DNA of 64,000 nt, taken from positions 62,001 through 126,000 of the forward strand of contig NW_021832436.1 of NCBI RefSeq assembly GCF_006345805.1. Reading direction: 5' to 3'. Below the pieces are notes generated by a model. The model searched no databases. It worked only from the letters and a program-made list of their open reading frames with translations, and was not told where the DNA came from. Shown here one piece after another: positions 38,685 through 50,627 of this stretch. The stretch comes from Octopus sinensis. Its lineage: Eukaryota. Each line of letters begins with the position of its first letter. Position 1 is the stretch's first letter. The translations under genes were made by a program, and so were the position numbers.

Positions 38685-40995
38685 TCACAAATCTAAATCC
38701 ATAATATCTGAATGCACGTAGTCCACTCTCAAACACAATATTTGTCTGATCTCTACTTGAGAAAGACGCCAAGAGATTTGTTCAGCGTTCCAGATGGAGA
38801 CTACCTCTTGCAACTAGGCAATCAAAGTCTTCCACCAACCGAATTTGTAGTAAGAACTGACAGTGTTTGCAAGACACGTACAAAATTGTCACGATAAGCC
38901 CAGGTCGACATTGCAATAATGTGATTAGACAAAATCCTAATCTCCTTCTCCAATAAAACGGATCGAGTCTAAGAATATAACAAAAAGTTGTACAATGTCA
39001 AAACAGGTCCTGAAAATTGCTTTTTCGACCAAATTAGTCAGTTCCCTTACTGAAACGTCGAGGAAACGCTCATAGTTTGCTTCTGTAAGTTCTTTCTAAA
39101 CAATTACATAAAGCACAACTTTAAAAAGAGAAAAAAACTCGTTGACTTGTTCACAAATATCTGCACAGTTCGCATCGATTTCATAATCGTCAATCACTTT
39201 CAAGTCTCCGACAGAAAGTCCATGAAACATTCCCAAGAGGAATTTGAGAACAGGAAGGAGCACTCCTTTCCTTAATATATCAAAGGATCGATTTCGCAGT
39301 CCTTCAAACTGACATTCAACACCCAAAATTTCTTGACATGAATTCTGTCATAAATTAACAAAAATACAGTGAACAACTCCAAATTCTCTCCACGATTAGA
39401 AAAAGAATCCTATGCTGAGAAAACATAGCAAACCTCAATTTCAGACCTTAGCTGTGACATATTGTTGTGACAGAGAGTCACACTGTTGATGAGGGAAACT
39501 AAGAGGATGAACTCCCTACAATCCTCCATATTTTTGTAATCTATCTCTGGACACTTCCCACGCTCAATATCCCTCTCCAACCCCGTGAGATACTTGCAAA
39601 AAGATGCCAAAAATTGTGAGTCGATGACATCACACGACCGATTGATGAGAGCAGACGTGCCCTCCGCACTGCCCGTACCTCCAAGACGACTATTCAATTA
39701 TTTAAGTTACTAACCGAAGACACTTTTTAACAACGTAGAAGATCTCGTCCAAACCTTCGAACGACCGTGGACTGGTTTGTGTCAATGGAATGAACTACTC
39801 TGATGTCAGTCATTCTACTTTTTGCATGTTCTCACTGATGTAGGCCAGATGTCACCATTTGGCTGACGCCCTCACCCACTCGGAGACCACATCTTCTCCT
39901 CATAGTCTCGTCGAATCTCTAAGATACTCACCCCTTGAACACAACCCTCACGCAATTGGGGTTATCTCAATCTCGGCCTACAATAAATAACAAACGCAAC
40001 ATCGATCAACACGTCGCAAAATGCAAAATAAAGTCCCGCTCTTTCGTAAACGAGGGAGAGTTCTCCGGAAACCACATTGAGATGGGCAAGGTCAATTTTC
40101 CCACCGTTTTCAAGTTTCTTAACACAATCCCCGACTTTTCTCTTTTCGTCCATTCGTATCATCAATTCACGCATCAAATTATCGCATGTAAGTTGAAGAA
40201 CTTGGAGGACTCTAAGAAAATGTCCTCCCTCAACGGTCTTCTTAAGAAGAATAAATGAGTCCTCTGCTGTTCTGGCCACAGTCTCCAACAATAAACACGC
40301 CTCGTCTGCAAACTGCACTTGTGGACGAGGAGCCTTCGTGTCTTGTCCAATTGTCTCAAACTGACTAAGCAACTAAGGAAATCACATTTTCGCCAATTAC
40401 TTGATCAGAGAGAAAAGAGGAATATTTATCAACGGCCACTTCTTTAAAATTAAGACGAGCAAGAATTTTCATGTAAGTGACTAGTTTTGCACTATCAGGA
40501 GTGCTTTGATTGTTTTTTGACAGAATCGTATCAAGTTCGTTGATTGTGATTTTTTTGATTTGATCACTGTAGTTCTGCAGACTCTCGAACGTTTCCTCAT
40601 CCACATAATCTAAGACATGTCAAAGAAAGGTAAATACCCTCCATAAGAGTGGCAGATATTCGTAGTGTGTCACAGTCCATCGAATTAAAGTTGTAGATCA
40701 AGATAGAAGCCTTATTATATTATTTTTCATTATGTTTATTAAATCAGCTAACTAATTACATATTCGTAGTTCTGTTCACCAAAGGCCTTTGAGACGTTCT
40801 CCAGGAATTGTCGAGCGTCCAAAATGTTCCTAACTCTCTTGAGGCTTAGTTGTATATTTTCCTAGTTCGAATTAGAAACTCTCGTACTCTGTTGTATTGA
40901 ATGTCCTTTATTGGGTCTATTAAGGCTCCCATTTGATCAGTTAGAGACGTTATGGTCTTCATTATATCAAAACATTCTTCACTCAATAAATTCAT
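38685..40995 (-). CDS. COG4: conserved oligomeric Golgi complex subunit 4
   Basis: ..LSLKRVRNILDARQFLENVSKAFGEQNYE; YFAFCD|RPRL; CREFILLVSLINSV; ELTEANYERFL; WAYRDNFVRVLQ; WRLSQVEIRQILCLRVDY. Confidence 0.9.
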
Positions 40996-41389
40996 TTTTT
41001 CTCTAATTAAATTATATTATTTTTTAGTTTTAATAAAATATAAAATATATACGTGATGAGGGATTCAGTAATTGTATATTTTTGGAAACAATCTTCCTGC
41101 ATCAAAAGATTTAAATCTTGCTCAACAATTCTCTAAGACGGAAATTTTATTACTTTTGTTACATAATAAGAATTTGCCTTCGAATCAAGCTCGTCGAAGT
41201 CTGAAAAAGAAGTTGTATTCATGCATTTATTGTAGAGAATTTCAATGTCTATTTTCATTACTATTATAACAACCATCGTTCATCCACCACTCAAATACGT
41301 AATTTAAACTTTTTCAAAATATATTCTAATAAAAAAATTTTTTTTTTTTTTAAAAGCCATGTTTATAAAAGAAAAATAAGTTAATTAAG

Positions 41390-41945
41390 TTGCTTAAGAC
41401 AGAAAGGATAGCGTGGCTATTAAATCTGAAAACGGTTGTTGAAGGCGTTGAACAGCCATTCGGTCTCCCTCTATCTTTCGAATCAAATGACCGAGATGGA
41501 GGGATCCAAGTTTCCTAAAAAAGAGATTGATTCTAACGGACCGAAGACTCCAGATGACTCCACAATAGGTGCACAACTATGGACTGTCCTTGACTCTGAA
41601 ATATTTTAATTTTTAATTTTTTCGTAGTTCTGTGAAGCATATCCGTTGAGAGGAGGCTGAGGCGATCAGGTTTGTCTCTAGTAGGTGTCGTGCAAGCGCA
41701 GTCCAAACAAGCACTTTCCCGTTGGTGTACGGGAAAATTGTTATCCCATCAGGTCTTTTCCGTCTGTGCGGATGAGACCAGGAGGCTCCAGCTGTGCCGG
41801 GAAACCAGCTGCATGCAAGCGTTTCTTGACAATTAGTTCATTGCGTGATGTCTTGGAAACCGGCCTGCCACTCGTCTGCATGAGAGAGCGTGCCGTCCGA
41901 ATTCGTCAACGGAAGCCCCGCAACTACAGCGGTTGCTGGCGACAT
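41390..41945 (-). mobile_element. degenerate CRE-like RLE/3' fragment
   Basis: AAGFPAQLEPPGL..GKRPDG region similar to 4300-4400; terminal QRL..AI motif. Confidence 0.75.
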
Positions 41946-42389
41946 ATTCTAATTATAAACAAATTAAAATTATTCAATATCAAATAAGTAATTCATTTAA
42001 ATTTCCAAGATTTTATGTAACAAATTTTTGCGTAAACCAGATGCGTATATTAAAATGAAAATTTTTTTGGTGGTCCTTTCAAAAACCGGTGAGATTTTAT
42101 ATTTCTATTAAAAATAGTCTGCCGATTAAGGGTGAGTAAACCGATTTAAATTGATTATTTAATTTTTACATTTCGATTCTATGCACACCATTTTTCTATT
42201 AGAAAGATCAAACGAAAAAAGAATGTGAATTTTCTTTTATCATTTATTGTCAACCCAGAATTTGAAGGTAAACTATTTCTCATTCGATAATTTCAATATT
42301 TTCGACCACGAATATACACCCCCTGGTTTCTTGTTTCATTCTATACTATTTTCAAGTCAATTTGGCACTTATGAACCCCAAATTTACAA

Positions 42390-42486
42390 TTACAAATTTC
42401 AAATGTCATCTGGATAATTTAATTTGTCAATTATAAATTTCAAATGTCATCTGAAAAAATCAATTTGTCAATTATAAATTTCAAAT
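42390..42486 (+). repeat. 41-bp minisatellite, left part of array 1
   Basis: Units AAATGTCATCTG(GATAATT/AAAAAAT)CAATTTGTCAATTATAAATTTC. Confidence 0.95.
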
Positions 42487-43950
42487 AGAACTGCGTAATT
42501 AAAATGGGGAATAAGTTATACACGAATTAATAAAGAGCCTGGAGGTCAGCTCAAAGTCGCCGCACTGCGTATCGAGTGGCAGTTTCCGCGGAGCACTGCT
42601 GGAAGAGCCAGCTCGTCTCCCTCCCGTCGTTGGTCTTCTTGGCGATTCTCCTGGCAATGTCGGTAAGAAGGCGAGTCGCAGACCTGCCGACAATTCCAGA
42701 TGTTTCGAAGGCGAGGGGGACAAACTCGTAAGAGTCCGAAATATTTCCATACTTCGACCTCTTAGCCTCCTCAGCCTGAGCACTGGCGGAACCCGGGTTA
42801 GTGATGGACTTGAGTAACACCGACGCGGAGAACGAGTCAACACAAGTTGCGTCCCAAATCAGGGACTTGCCTTCCCTGAAAGGGAAGGTAGTCATCCCGT
42901 CAGGACGCTTTCCATCACTCCGGAGAGACCGACTGGCTCTAGAGTGGAGGGGAAACCTGCCGACTCTAGAGCCCTTTTCACGACATCATTGAGGTGAGTG
43001 TGGCGAGGAATTTTGCCAGCACTCTTCTTGCACGAGAGGGCGTGCAAACCGTTCGGAGAGATCGTGGACCCGCACCGGCATGGGTGGGGCTGACAGATGT
43101 CCAGGCCCAAGCGTAAGCAGACACCAATCCGTAAGGATTCGTCGTCCAAGAGATGTCCCGTACTAGGGGTAGGGAGTGCATTGAGCCAGTCTCCCGTATG
43201 CGGCTGGCAAGCGCAGTTGAGAGATGCCAGTTGGACTTGGTCCAACTTTGACCGGAGTTTGCACAGAGTGTCTGAGCAAAAGACTTCGTCCCAGTTCTTT
43301 TGGACTGAAGGGATCGTCGGAAAAACCAGACCGAGTGACGACCAAATGCGCGAGGCTGATGAGAATTCGGAAAGCTCGTTGAGTTCGAGAGAGGGAAAAA
43401 GAACCGAGCAGACCGAATTCCTGGATGCCGAGGTCGAAGAGAGATAGCAAGGCAAGGCTAGGTCCTTGCAGGAGCGAATCCCGATCCCCCCGAAACGTAT
43501 AGGTAGGCACGCACGGGTAAGACCGACGCCAGTGAGTCTCGTGTTGAGATGGGATACCAGCGAGGTGAGGATAAGATTGTCGATTGCGAGTAAAGCATCG
43601 GGAGCCACGAAACAAGGCGAAGAACGGAGGATGTATGTTAGCCTCGGGATAAAGAGGAAATTCCTCAGCAAGAAAAAAGCCATGTGCGAGTCAAGCCCGC
43701 GGATCCGCTCGGTAAGCAGCTTGATTTCTTCCAATTTAGACAATAAGCTCTTTAAGATTCCATGTTCGGAAATTGGTGACCCCAGAATAACTAGATCGTT
43801 GGTAGGTGTGAGCCTTAGCCCTGCAATCAGACCGCGTAGGGAAGAAGATGCCTGAGAAAGAGCCCCCGAGGATAACGAAATATTTACGAGTTCGCACTTA
43901 CGACCATTCAAAGATAGACCGATCTCCGCGAAATCAGACGTGATTTTGTT
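42487..43950 (-). mobile_element. 5'-truncated CRE-like retrotransposon (lineage B) inserted in the minisatellite
   Basis: 366-aa ORF remnant LILGSPI..FFLLRNFLFIPRLTYILRS..CQPHPCRCG, then GKRPDG..WDATCVDSFS; junctions CAAAT| and |AATGTCATC (3-nt AAT overlap). Confidence 0.92.
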
Positions 43951-44150
43951 AATGTCATCTGAAAAAATCAATTTGTCAATTGTAAATTTCAAATGTCATC
44001 TGGATAATTCAATTTGTCAATTATAAATTTCAAATGTCATCTGAAAAAATCAATTTGTCAATTATAAATTTCAAATGTCATCTGGATAATTCAATTTGTC
44101 GATTATAAACTTCAAATGTCATCTGCAAAACTCAAATTTACAATTTTGAA
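43951..44150 (+). repeat. 41-bp minisatellite, right part of array 1 (alternating two unit variants)
   Basis: Four full units alternating GAAAAAATC / GGATAATTC plus a degenerate fifth. Confidence 0.95.
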
Positions 44151-44284
44151 ATTCAAGTTTGCATTTTATCAAAATATTGAAAGTCAAGCCGTAGCTGCCA
44201 AATATATATAGAATTGAAAAATAATTGGGTGGTCCGGAACATTTGCACGGTACTGTATACTAATCAACTATAAACTAATTGTAA

Positions 44285-46575
44285 ACTAATTGTCTAATTT
44301 GAGATCCAAGCACCCCAGTCCTCCAGTAAACTCCCGCACCCAACCCGCTGTCGATACGACCGCCCTTCCGCAACTGCTGGTTACCGCTTCACAGGTTGAG
44401 AAGGCACTGAAAAGTTTTTCCCCAAGCAGCAGTGGGGGTATAGATGGGCTGAAGCCTGGACACATTAAAGTTGACTTCACCTCTTACTGCTGAGGCAGGG
44501 CGTCTCCTCTTGGAATCTATCACCAATCTCTGTAACCGTCTTATCGGTGGGAATTTACCGGATTTTGCCCGGGCGATTTTCTTCTCGGCTAATCTCACTG
44601 CTTTGGGCAAAAAAGATAACGGGGTCAGGCCGATCGCCGTGGGTAATGTTTTCCGCAGATTGGCCGGAAAGCTCGTTTGCCACGTTGTGATCCCCGAGTT
44701 GGTCCCGAAATTTTTGCCAGTCCAATTGGGCGTCGGCGTCAGTGGAGGGTGTGAATCGGCTGCCCATGCCGTAAGAGAACTTATGGATTCTTCATTGGAA
44801 TATCTTTTAGTTAACTGGACATATCAAATGCGTTTAACACAGTGAGACGGGATCATTTGCTCGAGACCTGCCTTTCTCTCGCCCCCTCCGCTTATCCTCT
44901 AGTCCACCTTTCGTACTCACAACCCAGCCTCCTCCTGTTGGCGATTCCTTTATCGTCTGTCGACCGGAGTGCAACAGGGAGATCCCCTGGGGCCTTTCCT
45001 ATTTGCTATGTGTGTCACTCCTCGCTCATTCTGTCCGCTCTCCGGTAAATATCTGGTACTTGGACGACGCGACGATTTGTGGACCTCCCCGCTCTGTCTT
45101 AGACGACCTGCGGAGCATTATCCCGGCCCTTTCGTCCATCGGTCTGGAGATAAACTCAAGCAAGTCCGAAGTCCTAAACCTGAATATTCCTTCCGATTTT
45201 TTTGCCGAAACTCTGGACGCCCTGGAACCTATTCTAAAAGGCGCGCGGGTATCAGAAACAAAGGACCTTGTAATCCTTGGTTCGCCAATTGGCCACGAGG
45301 CTCTCTCACAAACGCTCATCGCCAAGGCAAGCAATCTGTCAAACATGATCGAACGGCTTTCCCTCATTGATGCCCACGTCGGGTTCTTTCTTCTGCGTAA
45401 CTATTTCTCAACTCCGAGGCTTTTGTACACCCTAAGGAGTTCTCCTTGTTTTCGCATGCCTAATCTGTTATCCGATATCGATTCTATCTTGAAGTCTGGA
45501 GCCGAGTATCTGTGCAACATCCATTTCGACGCTCTGGGGTGGCTTCAATCTTCCCTGCCTGTTAATCTCGGGGGGATTGGCCTTCGTTCGCCCGTTTATC
45601 TGGCTCTTCCTGCCTTCCTCTCGTCCCTGGCATCATCCCGTGCCCTCACTGACATCGTTCTCAGAAACCTTCCCGAACGAAAAATGTCAGTTGATCACGT
45701 GGCCGCTCTGGACCTTTGGGATTCATTGTACACACAAAGACCCAGTGACCCGTGTATCCAAGCTCAATGGGATGCCATTTCTTGTGAAGCTCTTGACGTA
45801 CATCTACGCAAAAATTTCGATCATCACAGACTTGCATGTCTCCGCGCAGGCTGCTGCACAGGGAGTGGGGCCTGGCTGGATGCTCTCCCTGTCCCTTCCA
45901 CGGTAACCTACTAGACAAAGATTGCCTACGAATTGGTTTATCATTGCGTCTTGGATTGGAAATCTGCGAAATACACAAATGTCGTTGTGGTGCTGTCATT
46001 GACCGTTTTGTCTACATCCCCTTTCCTGTCGTCGCAGTGCAGGGCGCGCACCACGCCATGCAGCACTTAACGACGTTATTCAGAGGGGGCTCACGGCCGC
46101 TGGGATCCCATCAATCCTCGAACCCGTCGGGCTTGCGAGGGGAGACGGAAAAGACCCTACGGCCTATCGACTTTCCCGTTTGAGTTCGGCAAGTCTCTGT
46201 TATGGGATGCGACGTGTTCAGACACTTTCTCGGAGCTCAACTTCCTTCTTCAGCTGTCGAGCCTGGCTCAGTCTCTCGCAAAACCGAGAAGATGAAGATT
46301 GGAAAGTACAAGGAGCTCTCTGAACGGTATCTGTTCACTCCCATCGCCGTCGAGACTTCCGGCGTCATCGGCGAAAATCTCTTTTTCCTTTCTAAAAAAA
46401 CTTGGCCGCATGATCTCCCATAAACGGGGAGACCCACGCGAGTCCAAGTGGCTTTTCGAAAGGATTTCCTTGGCCATAGTACGTGGAAACTGTGTTTCCA
46501 TTTACGATGCCGGGAATTTAGTTAGTTAATAACTATTTGTTAATTACTAATATTATTATTAAAAAAAAAAAAAAA
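44285..46575 (+). mobile_element. 5'-truncated CRE-like retrotransposon (lineage A-like) with poly(A)
   Basis: SANLTALGKKDNGVRPIAVGNVFRRL, QQGDPLGP, WYLDDA, RLE; A15 tail at 46561-46575; candidate TSD AATTGTAA (44277-44284 / 46574-46581). Confidence 0.92.
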
Positions 46576-46629
46576 TTGTAATCATATTATGGGAAACAGA
46601 ACAAATTTTATTTGGTAAATTAAAAATCA

Positions 46630-47635
46630 AAAAGGTCTTCACCACGAGTAACTCGGGAATAATACCTTTCAACCCGGTTAACAAAAATCCCATTAATTTT
46701 TGTGGTGTTAGAACCTTTTTTGCCTCTCCTGCGATTCTTCCAACATTTTTAGCCTATATTCAGAAATTGAAGAACCATCCGAAGTTTTCTTATATTTGAG
46801 AATTATTGGCATCTTTTCTCTTAGCATTTTTTTACTTCTGCTTTGAAAGTACTCCAGGCTAATTCAATTGGGTTTAATAAGTAGGAATATGGAGCCAATG
46901 GTAAAAGTTCAATATTTTCTTCTTGATCAACAACTGATTCCAATTGATTGTGAACAGGTGCACTGTCAATTAAAGTGGGATCTTGTACGCCTGAAGGCCT
47001 GCATTCATTAATTAACTCTTTTATCCATTTTTTACAATCTTCTCCTCTGTAAGAACCTCTTTTGCATTGAAAATTAAACAATGTTGAAGCAGACATTGCA
47101 TTTATACAATGTAAGTTAGAGCCTCTCAAATTTGGAGTAATGACAAAAGAACGAGATCCTATTTTTGATCGTCCTTCTTTTCTCTTACAATATAAATTAA
47201 AATTGGATTCATCGATCCAAATTAAAGTTCTTCCAGCAGACCTTGCTTTAAACAAGCAATCCAAATAATATATTCTTTTTTCTTTATTTTCAGGTGAATT
47301 TACATTTGCAACTATTGGTCGACAGGTTTTGAGAGAAATTAATTCCCCACCAAGCCAATTTTTTACTGTTATAACCGACACAGACATTGAATAATTATTT
47401 CGTATTTTCTCCGCACATTCTTTCAAAGTGATCTGAGGATCAGCTTCAATCCAACTGATTAATTTATTTATATTTATTTGATTTTTTTTGAATGTCTTTT
47501 ACCTTCTCTTGGATGTCTTTCTTTATCTTTATTTTCAATCCAATGATAAGCTGTTCTCAAATTAACTCCAAGAGAGGAGCATAGAGACTGTCAATCGCCA
47601 AAATTTTCATATGCTTCAATTATTTCAGATGACAT
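46630..47635 (-). pseudogene. Tc1/IS630-family (DDE_3) transposase, disrupted
   Basis: HTH region LGVNLRTAYHW..DPQITLKEC; catalytic WIDESNF, DSAPVH, LAPYSYLLNPIELAWSTFK; in-frame stop and frameshifts. Confidence 0.88.
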
Positions 47636-47842
47636 TTAAAGTTTGTTATTGACAAGTTGAATTATGCAGATGACATTTGAAGTTTGTTATTGACAAATTG
47701 AATTATCCAGATGATATTTGAAATTTATAATTGACAAATTGATTTTTTCAGATGACATTTGAAATCTATAATTGACAAATTGATTTTTTCAGATGACGTT
47801 TGAAATTTACAATTGACAAATTGATTTTTTCAGATGACATTT
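47620..47842 (-). repeat. 41-bp minisatellite, array 2 (transposase-proximal part)
   Basis: Five units plus a partial unit whose ATG (47635) is in frame with the transposase. Confidence 0.95.
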
Positions 47843-48861
47843 TTTTTTTGACAAACCAACCAATAACTACAAGTTAATTAATTAAAAGCTTCAAGGGCGG
47901 GAAGCCGACGCGATCGAGAAAGAGTTAGAGCGTACTATCGCAAGGGATATCCGCTCAAAAAACCATCTCGATTCGCGGGCGTCGCCTGTGATGGCAGACA
48001 TGCGGGACCCGATCTCCTGAACGAAGCTGATTGCCTTACTGCCCAAGGAACCGGAAGTCTCAACCGCGAATGGAAGGAATTGGAACTTTTCCGTAAGTGA
48101 GGAGTACTTCCGCATCTTTTTGCATTCCGCGGATGTGACAATAGATCCAGGAGCGGAGGCCGACATCAGCAGGTTCTGAGGCGAGAAAGAGTCCACACAC
48201 GTGGCATCCCAGGTGAGAGGCTTCCCCCTGTTGAAAGGAAACACAGTGATCCCGTCAGGCCTTTTTCCGTCCCCCCGATCGATCCCAGTGGGTTCAAGCA
48301 GGGAGGGGATTCCGGCGACTTCCAGGGCTCTCCTGATAAGGTCGTTAAGAGCGGCGTGACGCGGAATGCGACCAGCACTGCGTCTACACGATAGAGCGTG
48401 CAATCCAAAGCGACAGATTTTCGCGCCACAGCGGCAGACATGTGGCTCGCATAGGCGAAGACCGAGACGTAAACAGATTCCAGTGCGTACGGACTCGCAG
48501 TCCAGGAGGTTCCCAATGCTCGGCAGTGGAGTGGCATTTAGCCAGGCTCCGCTGTGAGGGCGACATGCCGTCTCAAAGCAGGCCAAGCGGTGTTGGTCGA
48601 GAGATGTACGTAAAGATTGATTCGGGATTGTAGGCGGACTTCGTCCCAAACAAATTGCTTATGCTGATCCTCTGGGATTTCCAGTCCTAGCGAGTGCCAC
48701 TTTACGACCGCCGATGATAACTCAGAGGGCACGTAATGTTCAAAATCGGTTGGAAGAACCGTGCCCATGAGTTTTCTGGCATGAAAAAGTGACGACATGT
48801 GGCAGGCAGTGCAACATCATTCGGGCACCGAATTCCAAGGCCTTCGTGGCGTACGTGGCGT
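47843..48861 (-). mobile_element. 5'-truncated CRE-like retrotransposon (lineage C) inserted in the minisatellite
   Basis: RLE ORF GKRPDGITVFPF..WDATCVDSFS..ERISLAIVRSN; poly(A) tail; 11-bp TSD AGATGACATTT (47832-47842 / 48862-48872). Confidence 0.93.
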
Positions 48862-48950
48862 AGATGACATTTGAAATTTATAATTGACAAATTGAATTAT
48901 CTAGATGACATTTGAAGTTTGTAATTGTCAAATTGACTTGAAAATGGTAT
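48862..48950 (-). repeat. 41-bp minisatellite, array 2 (distal part)
   Basis: Continuation of the same units after the CRE insertion. Confidence 0.9.
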
Positions 48951-50249
48951 AGATGTCTTTTTTACACAAGAAATGATGGTATTTGGAAAGAAATTCTGTG
49001 AATGATAAAATTTGATGAATTTTAAATATGTAAAGCCATTAATCGTCGGGGTTATACAACAACAATAAAACATTTTCTAGAGTTTTCCTTGTTCTTGAAT
49101 CTCTCGTAATTTTTCGTAAACAAAAATTATCTGGTCTTTCGTAGATGTTTCTAAATTAAATTTTTGACATATATTTTATTTTTAATGTTATCTACGTAAT
49201 CAGATCTAATTAGATTGTAACCATGTTTTGCTTACTGATATTGTGAGTAACCATTAGTCTCTCTTGCATGAACTCAGTTAACCAATTCCTTAAAACGCCA
49301 CAAGACACTCTGACCAGCAAGTTGCGCTCAGTCACAAGGACAATTTCTGACGACATGCGTGAGTCTGAAGTACCTAATGTTGGGATTAACGATGCCTTGA
49401 CAATGTAGATGTGCGCTAATATTAAGCTTTATTATGTTTTCCGTTTATTCTTGAATATCTCTATCCTGCTGATTGCAAAAAAAAAATTCAATTTGAAAAA
49501 AGTCAATTATTTAAAAAACTGTTAAAAATTAAAAGTTATTATTATTGCTAAAAAGATACAATTTAAAGTAAACACAAACGACTTGACTTTTGATTTTACC
49601 AGACTTTTTTTCCACTTGACTTTCTTTTTGTACATCTTTGCATCATCCCTGGCCAATTCGGGGGATTTTAAAATAAAATGGAAACCTTATTAACTTTTCA
49701 GTGAGAGAAAAAAAGCGAATGAAGACCGATCTATTTTAAGGCAGAAATAAAAATTTTAATAGATTTTAACAGAAATCAGGAAATTCAGTCTAAGGGGAGC
49801 ATTCACTCTTAGGAAATTCTTTTCAAATAAAGCGTTTGCTGAGCTACTAAAGAAGGTATTTAGCCAGCTATCCGAATATGGTGTAGCACTCGTCAATAAG
49901 CATACCTGTCTCTGCTAGTCATAATTATCCAATAGGGTTCGCGTTTCACATACTTTCGTACCAGCATGATAATTTAGAGAAATTACAAAGTAAAACCAAA
50001 GTCGCCGTGCAATTTTCCAAGAGATTGCTTCTATGCTCTTCGAGTTTAAGTTTGGCGAGTTTTATCGGCCCACTTTCTTGGCGCAAAAAACAAGAATAAA
50101 TATACCGGGAGGTAAGCACCAAGGTCGCCGAGAAGACCGGAATGTTTCTAATTAATGAAAATCATGCAACAGATATAATAAGTAAAAAAAATTCTGATAA
50201 TCAAAAACTAAATCATTCGACATTTAAATTAAGCAAGCAATGCGACTGA

Positions 50250-50450
50250 TACGCCGGTCACGTCATTCCTTGTGGAACGATATGGGACAAACAGGCCTTC
50301 AGCTAACAATTCTAACGACTTCCGAGCATGCCTGTTCTCTGGTCGAAGCCCAGAAGGAATTAAAGTACGCTCCTCCGCATGTGCTGAATTCGTCCCACTT
50401 GCGTTCGAGGCGAGAAGAGAAAGGGACGCTTGAAAAAGATCGGTGATGTG
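50250..50450 (+). mobile_element. degenerate CRE-like RLE fragment
   Basis: EAQKELKYA..AEFVPLAFE resembles KYxxLSDSYEFVPLAFET of lineage B. Confidence 0.5.
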
Positions 50451-50627
50451 ATTTCGAAATCAAATCTAGATAGGAGTGAAACGCTTTGGATTTTCTAGAA
50501 AATCTAAGTTATTCGTGGCATGATCGATTTTCCACTTCTGTAATAAATCAATTAAATTGATTTCCAATCATGACTATCGAGAGTCACTCATAATTATTGT
50601 AAAATTTACTTTAAAAAAATTAAAGTG

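Larger units (their letters stand above)
42340..44258 (+). mobile_element. non-coding Tc1/mariner-like element carrying a 41-bp minisatellite, split by a CRE insertion
   Basis: Ends GGTGGTCCGGAACATTTGCACGGTACTG|TA (reverse: TA|CAGTACCGTGCAAA, Tc1-like); left flank CTATACTATTTTCAAGTCAATTTG shared with the copy at ~48950; left TIR not found. Confidence 0.55.

Noticed and set aside
42390-48950. 41-bp repeats as a CRISPR array or spliced-leader RNA gene array
   Set aside because: Units are head-to-tail with no unique spacers, the context is eukaryotic, and no SL-type splice donor plus Sm-site arrangement was seen
49700-50223. Possible small minus-strand spliced gene (MSNDLVFDYQNFFYLLYL..)
   Set aside because: Splice choices were ambiguous, one path stops early, and no homology was recognised
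50240-50446. 68-aa ORF as the start of CARNMT1
   Set aside because: It contains CRE RLE-like text (EFVPLAFE in another frame); CARNMT1 homology begins at 50628
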